Assembly (NCBI GenBank): GCA_016871805.1
Contig: VHCG01000014.1
Coordinates: 1,205 to 65,204 of the forward strand
Direction of reading: 5' to 3'
DNA length: 64,000 nucleotides
Source: Verrucomicrobiota bacterium
GTDB taxonomy: Bacteria > Verrucomicrobiota > Verrucomicrobiia > Limisphaerales > UBA9464
Positions 9,190 to 20,138 of this stretch are shown here, in pieces. The position numbers and the translations under genes are program-made. The notes under the pieces were generated by a model, which did no database searches, was not told the DNA's origin, and was given only the letters and a program-made list of their open reading frames with translations. Every line of letters starts with the position of its first letter. Within the stretch, counting starts at the first letter, position 1.

Positions 9190-12100
9190 CGCTTCATCAC
9201 AAATTCGTCGTGGTTCATCAGCGTGCTCACCACGAGGGTGGCCGCGGCGAGATCGACCGGTGGCAGGGACGGATCGACCGGTTTTTCACCCGTCTTGAGC
9301 AACTGGACTGCCTCCTCCGGTTTCTGGCTGAAATACGCGCGCTGTTCCTCGAACAGCTGACGCAGGATGCGGGCCTCGGAGGGTTTGGGAGCCCGACCCA
9401 GGACCCGTTGGAACGCCCGCTCGAACCGCCCGTCGGCCACAGGATCCCGCCACAGGGACTCGGCCAGCACCCGGGCCGCCTCGAGGAACTGGGTGTCGTT
9501 CAGGAGAACCAACGATTGCAGGGGTGTGCTCGTGACCTCGCGGTTGGCGGTGCAGACCTCCCGAGTGACGGCATCGAAACTTAGCATCGACGGCGGCGGG
9601 GCGGTCCGACGCCAGAAGGTGTAGAGGCTCCGTCGGTACAGCTTGTCGCCGTGGTCCTGGGAATAGCTCTTCCCGGTCCCAGCCTCCTCCCAGACGCCGG
9701 GAGGCTGGTACGGTTTGACGCTCCGTCCGCCGATCTCGGGACTCAGCAGTCCACTCACCGCGAGGGCCTGATCCCGGATCTGTTCCGCGCCGAGCCGATG
9801 CTTGGGACCTCGGGACAGCAGCCGGTTTTCCGGATCCTTGGCCATGGATTCAGCGGATCCTTCCGACGCCTGTTGGTAGGTGGCGGATTGGACCATCAGC
9901 TTGTGGAGGGCCTTGAGATCCCAACCCGAGCGGATGAACTCGCCCGCCAGCCAGTCGAGGAGCTGCGGATGATCCGGCAACTGACCCTGGGCACCGAAGT
10001 CATTGAGGGTGCCGACAAGGCCGCGTCCAAAGTGCTGTTTCCAGACCCGGTTGACCGCCACCCGGGCGGTGAGGGGATTCCTCGGATCGGTCACCCATCG
10101 GGCGAATCCCAGCCGGTTCCGGGGCAGGTCGGACGGGAACGGGAGGATGCGCTCCGGCGCATTGGGTTTTACAGGATCCGCCGGCGAGTCGTACGCCCCG
10201 CGCTTGAGGACGAAGGTGGGTCGACGCCCGGGCATCTCGCCCATGACCATGATCTCACGGGCCGTGCCCACGAGATCGTTTTCAGCGTCGCGCAGCTTCT
10301 GGACGGTGCCCAAGGCCTCCCGATAGGGGATGTCCTTCCGCTCGAGATAGGTCTGGAACGCGTCCTCGACACCCTCTCCGGATGGGAATCCGGCAAGGGT
10401 CTTCACCTCCCCGGGGGTGAGGCAGGTGTTGAAGACCTGCAACTCATCGATCTCTCCGTTGCGGAATCCCCTGTCCCGGAACCGTGCCGCGAGGCTGAGA
10501 CGGATCGATCCCTCACCCGAATCCCCCCAGGCTCCCCGATGCTGGATGTCCCGGGTAAGCCGGTCGCGCACCACCTCCGTCTCCAGCGGCAGGCCGTTCC
10601 GGTACAACCGGACCCCGGCAGCCCGACTGGAACCGTCATAGGTCACTGTGATCTTGGACCAGTCGTTGAGCGGCAGCGGATCCCTGGCGCGGACTGCCAG
10701 GGCGTTGCCGGGCCAGAAATGGATCAACGCGAAGAACGGCCGACCGTGGTCCAGCACCAGCTCGTACCCTCGGCTACCGGAATCGGTCCAGGCCTGGGAA
10801 TAGTGTAGGATAACCGCCCGATCGCGCTGTTCGGTGGGGCGAAGCCAGAGGTCGAAGCTGAACGGCTGGGTCCGCTTGAACTGTCCGGCAACGGGCACCG
10901 TCATCGAGTTGTCACCGCTGAAGCGGAACGACTGGCCCCGTTTGCCGGGCGAGATCTCGGGACCTTCCGACAGTGACGCCGCATTGGTGCTCATCCGATC
11001 CGGCGTCCGGTTGTCGACGATCGCATCCAGCGCGTAGTGGGCGACCGGGGTCGGCAGGGCTGGCCGCGAACTGGTTGCAGCAAACCGGGTCCGGGCCTCC
11101 TGGGCGACAACAGCGAGCCTCTCCTCGGCCTGGGCGAGCTGGCGCTGGAGATCCGCATGTCGCGCCTTCGCATCCCCCTCCCACCGCAACAGCGTCGGGG
11201 TGGGCGTGGCCGCGGTGAAATGGGAATACAGCCCGGACTCGTCGATGTTGTTGAAGAATGCCGCCAGCGAGTAGTAGTCGCGCTGGCTGATCGGATCGTA
11301 CTTGTGGTCATGACACCGTGAACACTCGAGGGTCAGCCCAAGAAAAGCTGTGCCCATGGTGTGGACACGGTCGGCGACATACTCGTTCCGGAACTCCTCC
11401 TCGATGCTGCCACCCTCGTTGGTCTGTCGGTGCAGCCGGTTGAAGGCGGTGGCGAGGATCTGTTCATCCGTGGCCCCCGGCAGAAGATCCCCGGCAAGCT
11501 GCCAGGTGATGAACTGGTCGTAGGGCAGGTTCTCGTTGAAGGCCTTGATCACCCAGTCGCGCCAGGGGGAGAGATCCCGGTCGGCATCGGTCTGATACCC
11601 GTAGGTGTCGGCAAACCGGGCGAGATCGAGCCATTCGTTGGCGCGACGCTCCCCGTACGCAGGCGAGGCCAGCAGACGGTCGATCGCCTGTTCGTAGGCG
11701 GCCGGCGAGGGATCCCGGACGAACGCCTCGAGTTCCTCAGGCGTCGGGGGAAGACCGGTGAGGTCGAGTCGGATCCGCCGGAGAAGTCGGGCAGGGTCTG
11801 CCGGCGGCGATGGCTTGAGACCCGAGGCAGCCAGGCCTGCGGTGACGAACTGGTCGATCGGATTGACGACCCGCACCCCTTCCGGGGCCTTGGGCGGGGT
11901 GAATCGGTTCAGGGGCCGAAAGGCCCAGTGATCCCCCCACTCGGCGCCCTGGCCAATCCAGCGCCGGAGGAGGTCCTTCTCCGCCGAGGTGAGCTCCAGG
12001 TGCGACTCGGGCGGCGGCATGACGTCGTCGGGATCGGTCGTCAGGACCCGCTTCATGAGTTCCGAACTCGCCGGATCCCCGGGTTTGATGATCCAGGTGC

Positions 12101-12353
12101 CATCCTTCCTCGGTTGGAACAAACCTTCCCGCTGGTCGAGTCGGAGCTTGGCCTTGCGGGCCTTGTCGTCGGGTCCGTGACAGAAGAAGCAGCGATCCGA
12201 GAGGAGCGGCCTGACCTCGAAGTTGAAGTCGACCCGTTCCTCGGCCGCCACGGTCCGGACGAGCGCGGCCACGAGGGGCAGGATCCAGCCGATTCGCAAA
12301 GGGATCATGGTGAGACTGTAGGGACGGAGAGGCGGCATGTCCGCCGGAAACAC
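9186..12353 (-). CDS. PSCyt1/PSCyt2(DUF1549)/LamG/PSD1(DUF1553) multidomain protein
   Basis: CFFCHGPDDKARKAKLRLD (PSCyt1); NPIDQFV...RRIRLDLTGLPPTPEE (DUF1549); a LamG-like middle region; ARVAVNRVWKQHFGRGLV...DFG (DUF1553). The start is uncertain: GTG at 12353, ATG at 12338 or ATG at 12308. Confidence 0.9.
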   Translation of the reverse strand: MFPADMPPLRPYSLTMIPLRIGWILPLVAALVRTVAAEERVDFNFEVRPLLSDRCFFCHGPDDKARKAKLRLDQREGLFQPRKDGTWIIKPGDPASSELMKRVLTTDPDDVMPPPESHLELTSAEKDLLRRWIGQGAEWGDHWAFRPLNRFTPPKAPEGVRVVNPIDQFVTAGLAASGLKPSPPADPARLLRRIRLDLTGLPPTPEELEAFVRDPSPAAYEQAIDRLLASPAYGERRANEWLDLARFADTYGYQTDADRDLSPWRDWVIKAFNENLPYDQFITWQLAGDLLPGATDEQILATAFNRLHRQTNEGGSIEEEFRNEYVADRVHTMGTAFLGLTLECSRCHDHKYDPISQRDYYSLAAFFNNIDESGLYSHFTAATPTPTLLRWEGDAKARHADLQRQLAQAEERLAVVAQEARTRFAATSSRPALPTPVAHYALDAIVDNRTPDRMSTNAASLSEGPEISPGKRGQSFRFSGDNSMTVPVAGQFKRTQPFSFDLWLRPTEQRDRAVILHYSQAWTDSGSRGYELVLDHGRPFFALIHFWPGNALAVRARDPLPLNDWSKITVTYDGSSRAAGVRLYRNGLPLETEVVRDRLTRDIQHRGAWGDSGEGSIRLSLAARFRDRGFRNGEIDELQVFNTCLTPGEVKTLAGFPSGEGVEDAFQTYLERKDIPYREALGTVQKLRDAENDLVGTAREIMVMGEMPGRRPTFVLKRGAYDSPADPVKPNAPERILPFPSDLPRNRLGFARWVTDPRNPLTARVAVNRVWKQHFGRGLVGTLNDFGAQGQLPDHPQLLDWLAGEFIRSGWDLKALHKLMVQSATYQQASEGSAESMAKDPENRLLSRGPKHRLGAEQIRDQALAVSGLLSPEIGGRSVKPYQPPGVWEEAGTGKSYSQDHGDKLYRRSLYTFWRRTAPPPSMLSFDAVTREVCTANREVTSTPLQSLVLLNDTQFLEAARVLAESLWRDPVADGRFERAFQRVLGRAPKPSEARILRQLFEEQRAYFSQKPEEAVQLLKTGEKPVDPSLPPVDLAAATLVVSTLMNHDEFVMKR

Positions 12354-12651
12354 GGGGATCGACGGTCGGAGACGGAAGGCTCTTCACACCGGATGGATCG
12401 GACTGGAGCGTGTGGGCTCCGACCTCTGCACCGATAAGGGCCTCTGCATCCGCATCATGGAAACCACGTTCCTGCTGAGCCGTGAGACGATCGTGCCTTC
12501 GACCCAGTCGCAATTTCCATGGAACCGTCAACTCCTCTTCGGCATCCTCTCCCGGAACGCCCAAAGTGCCACCGCATTCTTCCGACTGCCCGCGAGCCGG
12601 ATGGTCGAGCTCGGGATGCAGGTGGAGCTCTGAGACCCCGATCTCGGTCGA

Positions 12652-13437
<786 letters not shown>

Positions 13438-13492
13438 GGAATTCCGGGATCCGGCCAAAATTCTAGCCAACCGGTGACGGACAACGCCACCC

Positions 13493-14152
13493 CTATCCTT
13501 CCCGGTTCAACCCGATGGAAAGCGATTCCAGGGCGCGTGCACGGTGGCTGATCCGGTTCTTCACTGACGCGCCCAGTTCCGCGAACGAACGGGTCTCACC
13601 CTCCGGGATAAACAATGGGTCGTAACCAAATCCACCGACCCCGGCAGGCTGGGGTTGGATCCGACCCTCACACACCCCTTCAAACCACCGGGTCTCCCGC
13701 TCCAGAACCTCGCCCGGAATGCCGGGTCGGACCGGGCTCAGTGCCAGCACGCACCGGAACCGGGCCGTCCAGCGGTTGACCGGGAACCGCGAGAGTTCCC
13801 GCAACAAGCGGGCGTTGTTCAAGGCGTCAGGCGCATTGCCGGGCTGACCCGTCTCAAGATGCGCGTAGCGCGCCGAGTGCACCCCCGGGGCTCCACCCAG
13901 GATGTCCACCTCCAGCCCGGAATCGTCGGCCAGGACCCAGTCGACCCCCTGAACCTGAGCCCCAAAGGCAAGGTGCCTTGCCCATGTGATTGCCTTGATC
14001 GCGGCGTTCTCCGCGAAGCTCGAGCCGGTCTCCTCAGGGTCCAGCCGGAGATCGACCTCCTTTTGGGAAACCACCCGGAAGCCCGATCCGAGAAACGACC
14101 GGATTTCCCCCACCTTGTGGGCATTGCCGGTGGCAATGAACAGAGTCTGCAT
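13493..14152 (-). CDS. rdgB: RdgB/HAM1 non-canonical purine NTP pyrophosphatase
   Basis: [17 protein letters not shown]...[15 protein letters not shown]...ADDSGLEVD...PGVHSARY...[11 protein letters not shown]...SFAEL...[10 protein letters not shown]. Confidence 0.9.
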   Translation of the reverse strand: MQTLFIATGNAHKVGEIRSFLGSGFRVVSQKEVDLRLDPEETGSSFAENAAIKAITWARHLAFGAQVQGVDWVLADDSGLEVDILGGAPGVHSARYAHLETGQPGNAPDALNNARLLRELSRFPVNRWTARFRCVLALSPVRPGIPGEVLERETRWFEGVCEGRIQPQPAGVGGFGYDPLFIPEGETRSFAELGASVKNRISHRARALESLSIGLNREG

Positions 14153-14274
14153 TCCCAAGGCTACCAGAGGGCCCGTCGGACCGGATGTGGAATTTCCGGG
14201 CCTGAGGCCCGCCCGGTTTGAACTTGGGACTTTTTCCGGTGTCCTTCTCCCCACAATACTTCCTATCCGACATC

Positions 14275-15261
<987 letters not shown>

Positions 15262-15342
15262 AGGCCCCGGCAGACCGGAACAGGAAGCCCGTCGGGCTCG
15301 TGAACCCGCGCGGCGACCAGTCCGACCCAGGACGGAACCCAC

Positions 15343-16299
15343 ATGATCCCCAAGGAACTGCTCAAGAAGATCCGACAGCTCGAGCTGCGGACGCGGCGCC
15401 TGGTCGATGAGACCATGGCCGGGCAGTACCATTCGGCGTTCCGCGGACAGGGGATGGACTTCGACGAGGTCCGGGAATACCAGCCGGGCGACGAGGTCCG
15501 GGCGATCGACTGGAACGTCACGGCGCGGATGAACCATCCGTTCGTGAAGAAGTTCCGGGAGGAACGGGAGCTGACCGTGCTCCTGATGGTGGACCTGAGC
15601 GCTTCGGGACTCTTCGGTTCCGTCGACCAATCAAAGCGTGAGCTCGCGGCCGAGATCGCCTGCGTCCTGGCCTTCTCGGCGATCCGCAACCAGGACCGCG
15701 TCGGCCTTCTCCTGTTCACCGAGGTGGTCGAGAAGTTCATCCCCCCCAGGAAGGGACGTCGACACGTGCTGCGGGTGATCCGGGACATCCTCTTCCACAA
15801 ACCCCAGTACCGCGGGACCTCCGTCAATGGGGCCCTGCAGTTCGCGAATCGGATCCTGCCCCACCGGGCTGTGGTGCTGGTGCTGTCGGACTTCCTGGGC
15901 GAGACGAACCCGAGCCGGGCCGAGATCGCAGCCCACCTGAGGCGGCGGGTGGTCCGTTCCGAAAGCCTGGGTCGGGTGTCGGCCACCTCGCTTCGACAGG
16001 TCAGCCGGAAGCATGACCTCGTGGCGATCCAGATCGTCGACCCCTTCGAGGAACAGCTGCCGGGTCTCGGTCGCCTGGTGCTGCAGGACGCCGAGACCGG
16101 GGAGGTCGTGGAGGTGAACACCGCGGACCAGCGGCGCCGCGATGCGTTCGCGCAGCGGCAGGAGAAGACCCGACGCGAGCTCGACCGACTGTTCCGACAG
16201 GCCAAGGTCGATGCCATTCGGGTCCGGACCGACGCCCCCTACGACCGGGCTCTTCAGCAGTTCTTCGACACCCGGGACAAACGACGCCGTCGCGGATGA
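15343..16299 (+). CDS. DUF58 domain protein (vWA-like partner of MoxR)
   Basis: GQYHSAFRGQGMDFDEVREYQPGDEVRAIDWNVTAR is the DUF58 signature. Confidence 0.9.
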   Translation: MIPKELLKKIRQLELRTRRLVDETMAGQYHSAFRGQGMDFDEVREYQPGDEVRAIDWNVTARMNHPFVKKFREERELTVLLMVDLSASGLFGSVDQSKRELAAEIACVLAFSAIRNQDRVGLLLFTEVVEKFIPPRKGRRHVLRVIRDILFHKPQYRGTSVNGALQFANRILPHRAVVLVLSDFLGETNPSRAEIAAHLRRRVVRSESLGRVSATSLRQVSRKHDLVAIQIVDPFEEQLPGLGRLVLQDAETGEVVEVNTADQRRRDAFAQRQEKTRRELDRLFRQAKVDAIRVRTDAPYDRALQQFFDTRDKRRRRG

Positions 16300-17012
16300 T
16301 GCCCCTCCCCTCCATGCGCGTGACCGACGGTGTCGGTCTGGGATCCTGGATTCCCCGGATCGCACTGCTGGCGGGCCTGTCGGCGCACACCCTCGTCGAG
16401 GGAGCCACAAATCTCCCCCTCATCCCGGGGGTGACGCCAAGGGCCACGTCCGCGGCCACGCCGATGTCGGCACCTCAACCGCAGCCCCTCCGGGACATCC
16501 GGGGCCCGATCGACATCGAGTCGCCCTGGACCTGGCTCTGGGCCGCGCTGGCGCTCGCGGTGGTCACGACAGGCATCGTGCTGGCCTGGCGCTGGTGGCG
16601 GCGGAAGCAGGAGTCGGGCGGAACCGGGACCCCGACGCTTTCGCCCGAGGAGGCGGCACGCCGACGTCTCCAGGCCGCGCTGGACTGGATCGAGGATCCG
16701 GAGCGGTTCGCGGTCGAGGTCTCCGAGGCGGCACGCAAGTACCTCGAGGACCGGTTTGGCCTCCGTGCTCCGGAGCGCACGACCGAGGAGTTCCTCGCGG
16801 AACTTTCCGGAAGCGTTGCCCTCGATGGCCGCCACAAGGAGCTGCTCGCAGATTTCCTGACCCGCTGCGACCTCGTGAAATTCGCCCGTGCGGTCGTGGA
16901 CCGTCCGGAACTGGAGGCCCTGCACCGCGCCGCGGTGCGCCTCGTGGAGGAGACGGTCCCATCGCCCCACGGCCCGACCGCGCCGCCACCCATGCCCCCG
17001 CGCCAGCGATGA
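16296..17012 (+). CDS. DUF4381-like single-pass membrane protein
   Basis: It has one TM segment (WTWLWAALALAVVTTGIVLAWRWWRRK), sits in the conserved position in Bat operons, and has ATGA overlaps at both ends. Confidence 0.7.
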   Translation: MMPLPSMRVTDGVGLGSWIPRIALLAGLSAHTLVEGATNLPLIPGVTPRATSAATPMSAPQPQPLRDIRGPIDIESPWTWLWAALALAVVTTGIVLAWRWWRRKQESGGTGTPTLSPEEAARRRLQAALDWIEDPERFAVEVSEAARKYLEDRFGLRAPERTTEEFLAELSGSVALDGRHKELLADFLTRCDLVKFARAVVDRPELEALHRAAVRLVEETVPSPHGPTAPPPMPPRQR

Positions 17013-18016
17013 ACTTCACCTTCGGATCCCCCTGGTGGCTGCTGGGCCTCCTGTCGATCCCGCTGCTGGCGTGGCTGCGGGGAAGGACAGGGCCCGAGAG
17101 CGCGTTCGTCTATTCCAGCCTGAGCCTCGTGAAGGGGATCACCGAACTTCGACGTAGCCGGGCCGGCATCGTGCTGCTCAACCTGCGCTGGATCGCCCTC
17201 GCCCTGTTCTTCATCGGAATGGCCCGGCCCCAGGTCGCCGGTGGACAAGCCCCCATATCCGCGAGCGGTATCGACATCGCCGTGGCGATGGACATGAGCG
17301 GGTCAATGGTCGCCGAGGACTTCGAGCTTCGCGGGGAACGGGTCAACCGCCTCGCCATCGCCAAGGACACCCTGCGCACATTCGTCGACGAACGGCCGGC
17401 CGACCGGGTCGGACTGGTCGTTTTCGGCACCGAGGCCTTCGTCGCGGCCCCGCCGACGCTGGACCATGACTTCCTCCGCCGGGTCATCGACCGCCTGGAG
17501 CTCGGCACCATCAACGGTGAGCAGACCGCGATCGGCTCCGGTCTCGCCACCGCGGTGAACCGCCTCCGTCAGCTGCAGTCGAAGTCCCGGATCGTCATCC
17601 TCCTGACCGATGGACAGAACAACGCCGGTAAGATTCCGCCCGACACCGCAGCCGAGGCGGCGAAGGCGCTCGGGGTGAAGGTCTACACGATCGGCGTCGG
17701 AACCCGCGGTCTCGCCCCGGTACCCCAGGGTGTCGACGGCTTCGGCCGAAAGCATTACGCCCGGGTGCCGGTCGACATCGACGAACCCACCCTCCAGAGG
17801 ATTGCCCAGATGACCGGAGGGAAATATTTCAGGGCGGACAACACGGAGACCCTGCGTCGGATCTACTCCGAGATCGACCGTCTGGAGAAGAGCGAGGCCA
17901 AGCTCAACAAGTACGCCTACGTCGAGGAGCTGATGGCGTGGGCGGTGGTCCCGGGACTCGCGCTGCTGTTCCTCGAGCTTCTCCTCGGCAACACGGTCTG
18001 GAGGAAGCTGCCCTAG
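17009..18016 (+). CDS. batA: vWA-domain membrane protein BatA
   Basis: MNFTFGSPWWLLGLLSIPLLAW..., with vWA MIDAS DMSGSM and ILLTDGQNN. The longer ORF starting at 16142 overlaps two real genes and was rejected. Confidence 0.85.
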   Translation: MNFTFGSPWWLLGLLSIPLLAWLRGRTGPESAFVYSSLSLVKGITELRRSRAGIVLLNLRWIALALFFIGMARPQVAGGQAPISASGIDIAVAMDMSGSMVAEDFELRGERVNRLAIAKDTLRTFVDERPADRVGLVVFGTEAFVAAPPTLDHDFLRRVIDRLELGTINGEQTAIGSGLATAVNRLRQLQSKSRIVILLTDGQNNAGKIPPDTAAEAAKALGVKVYTIGVGTRGLAPVPQGVDGFGRKHYARVPVDIDEPTLQRIAQMTGGKYFRADNTETLRRIYSEIDRLEKSEAKLNKYAYVEELMAWAVVPGLALLFLELLLGNTVWRKLP

Positions 18017-18034
18017 ACGCCACCCGTCCACCGC

Positions 18035-19105
18035 ATGTCCTTCGCCTCGCAAACCTTCCTATGGCTGACGCTGGTCCTCGGTCTCTCCACGGGCGTGTTC
18101 CTGGTCTGGTCGTGGCGTCGGAAGCAGCAGGCCGCGGCCCGGTTCGTCGGATCCCGCCTCTACGCCCAGCTCACGGTCGGGGTCTCCCTCCGACTCCAGA
18201 TCCTGCGGCGCATCCTTGCCGGACTCGCGGTGGTGGCCGTCCTCCTCGCATTGGCCCGACCCCGATGGGGGACGGTCGACGAGGAGACCACGGCCTCCGG
18301 ACTCGACATCGTGGTGGCCTTCGATGTGTCCCGGTCGATGCTGGCGCTGGACTCCAAGCCCAACCGGCTTGAGAAGGCCGGGCGTGCAGCGCTGGACCTC
18401 GTGGAATCGAGCCGTGCCGATCGCCTCGGCCTGGTCGCCTTCGCCGGCGATGCCTTTCTCCAGGCACCGCTCACGCTCGATGACGAGGCGTTCCGTCAGA
18501 GCGTCCGGCTGCTGGACACCGACCTCATCCCGGTCCAGGGCACCGGCCTGGCGGCGGCGCTCCGCGAGGCGCGTGCGGCGTTCGGCAAGGACAGCACCGG
18601 GGCCAAGGCTGTGGTGGTGATCACCGACGGCGAGGACCACGAGCCCGGGGCGATCGATGTCGCCAGGCAGATGGCCCAGGATGGAATCCGGATCTTCACC
18701 CTTGGTGTCGGAACCCCCGAGGGCGCCGTGTTGAAGACGAGCGACCCGTATGGGAATCCGGTGTTCATCAAGGATCAGCAGGGCAATGCGGTGAAGTCCC
18801 GCCTCAACGAGGATCTGCTCCGCCAGGTCGCGGACGCCGGTGGAGGATTCTATCTGCCCCTCCAGAACCGGCAGACGATCCAGAACCTGTACGAACAGGG
18901 CCTGGGCCCCCTGCCCCGTTCGCTGCTGAAGGCCGGTAGGGCCCGCCAGTGGATCGAACGGTTCCAGTGGCCTCTCGGACTGGGGATCCTCCTCCTGATG
19001 ACGGAGATCCTCGTCCCGGAGCATCGCCGGACCGTTGCCCGGACCAACGGTGGTGGCAACCTTGGGCGCAGCGGTCGAACCTCGCCCGTCACGAAACCGA
19101 CCTGA
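18035..19105 (+). CDS. batB: vWA-domain membrane protein BatB
   Basis: Contains the vWA motifs FDVSRSM and VVITDGEDHE and has a C-terminal TM segment. Confidence 0.85.
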   Translation: MSFASQTFLWLTLVLGLSTGVFLVWSWRRKQQAAARFVGSRLYAQLTVGVSLRLQILRRILAGLAVVAVLLALARPRWGTVDEETTASGLDIVVAFDVSRSMLALDSKPNRLEKAGRAALDLVESSRADRLGLVAFAGDAFLQAPLTLDDEAFRQSVRLLDTDLIPVQGTGLAAALREARAAFGKDSTGAKAVVVITDGEDHEPGAIDVARQMAQDGIRIFTLGVGTPEGAVLKTSDPYGNPVFIKDQQGNAVKSRLNEDLLRQVADAGGGFYLPLQNRQTIQNLYEQGLGPLPRSLLKAGRARQWIERFQWPLGLGILLLMTEILVPEHRRTVARTNGGGNLGRSGRTSPVTKPT

Positions 19106-19112
19106 ACCCGTC

Positions 19113-20138
19113 ATGCGATCCACACGCCTCATCGCACTCGTGTTGTTGGCGGCCCTGGCACCGGACCCGGCTTCAGGGCAGGCACCCTCGCCACAGTCGG
19201 CCCTCGACGCCTACCGACGCGGGGATTTCCAGCGGTCAGAGGCCCAGTACTCCGAACTGGCAAGGAAGAGCCCGGAGGATCCGCGATTCCGATTCAACGC
19301 CGGGGCCGCAGCCTATCGCCGGAATGACCTCACGAACGCCGCCAGCTGGTTCGAAGGCGTCACCGCGGCCCCCGATCTCAAGCTCCAGCAGCAGGCCTAC
19401 TACAACCTCGGGAACACCCGCTACCGGCTGGGTGAATCCGCAACCGATCCCGCGGCCCGGAAAAGCCATTGGTACCACGCGCTGACCAACTACATGTCGG
19501 CCATCAAGCTCGACGGCACCGACACCAACGCCTCGATCAACTACTCATTCGTCCGACAACAGCTCGAACAGCTCGAACGACAGCAGCCCCCACCGCAGTC
19601 GTCGCAGTCGAAGGACAACAAGGAAAACGGGGACCAGAAGGACAAAAAGCAGCAGCAGCAACAGCAGGATTCCCAGGATTCCCAGGATTCCCAGGATTCC
19701 GGATCCTCCCAGGACCAGAAGGACCAGAAGGACCAGGAACAACAACAGGACAACTCCGGGTCCCGGCAACAACAGAACCCTCAGGGGTCGAAGGAGTCCC
19801 AACAGCCCGACAACGAGTCGACCCAAGGGGGCGAGTCCAAGGACCGGGAGGGTGACAAGCCTGAGGACTCGAAGGACCAGGGCTCGGCGCAGAAGCCGGA
19901 CCAGGACCCTTCGAAGCGGGGAGCACAACCGCAGGGTCAGCAGCCGGGAGACGGAGCCGAGGGCCAGGCAGGACAGGCGGTCGAGGCTGCGGAGGGCGAG
20001 GAGGGCGCGATGTCGGCCTCACAGGCGGTCCAGATGCTGGAAAGCCAGAAGGGCGAGGAGAAAGCCCTGCTGCTCCGGGCCTATGGCAGCGGCAAGGAGG
20101 CCGCCGAGCGGGCGGCAAGGATCCGGAAGCCATGGTGA
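19113..20138 (+). CDS. batC: TPR protein BatC with a long Q/D/S/K-rich low-complexity tail
   Basis: The start MRSTRLIALVLLAALAP looks like a signal peptide. TPR-like repeats follow, then QQQQQQDSQDSQDSQDSGSSQDQKDQKDQ... Confidence 0.75.
   Translation: MRSTRLIALVLLAALAPDPASGQAPSPQSALDAYRRGDFQRSEAQYSELARKSPEDPRFRFNAGAAAYRRNDLTNAASWFEGVTAAPDLKLQQQAYYNLGNTRYRLGESATDPAARKSHWYHALTNYMSAIKLDGTDTNASINYSFVRQQLEQLERQQPPPQSSQSKDNKENGDQKDKKQQQQQQDSQDSQDSQDSGSSQDQKDQKDQEQQQDNSGSRQQQNPQGSKESQQPDNESTQGGESKDREGDKPEDSKDQGSAQKPDQDPSKRGAQPQGQQPGDGAEGQAGQAVEAAEGEEGAMSASQAVQMLESQKGEEKALLLRAYGSGKEAAERAARIRKPW
19665..19700 (+). repeat. 9-bp microsatellite (CAGGATTCC x4) inside batC, followed by AGGACCAGA-type repeats
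   Basis: Read directly from the sequence. It encodes the (QDS)n run. Confidence 0.8.

Noticed and set aside
16142-17008. Upstream extension of the BatA ORF (624-aa version).
   Set aside because: It overlaps the well-supported DUF58 and DUF4381 genes in another frame. The BatA homology begins at the ATG at 17009 (MNFTFGSPWW...).
19541-19928. Cys/Trp/Ser-rich and Leu-rich minus-strand ORFs (e.g. MSCCCSWSFWSFWSW...).
   Set aside because: They are the antisense translation of the batC microsatellite and low-complexity region, not genes.
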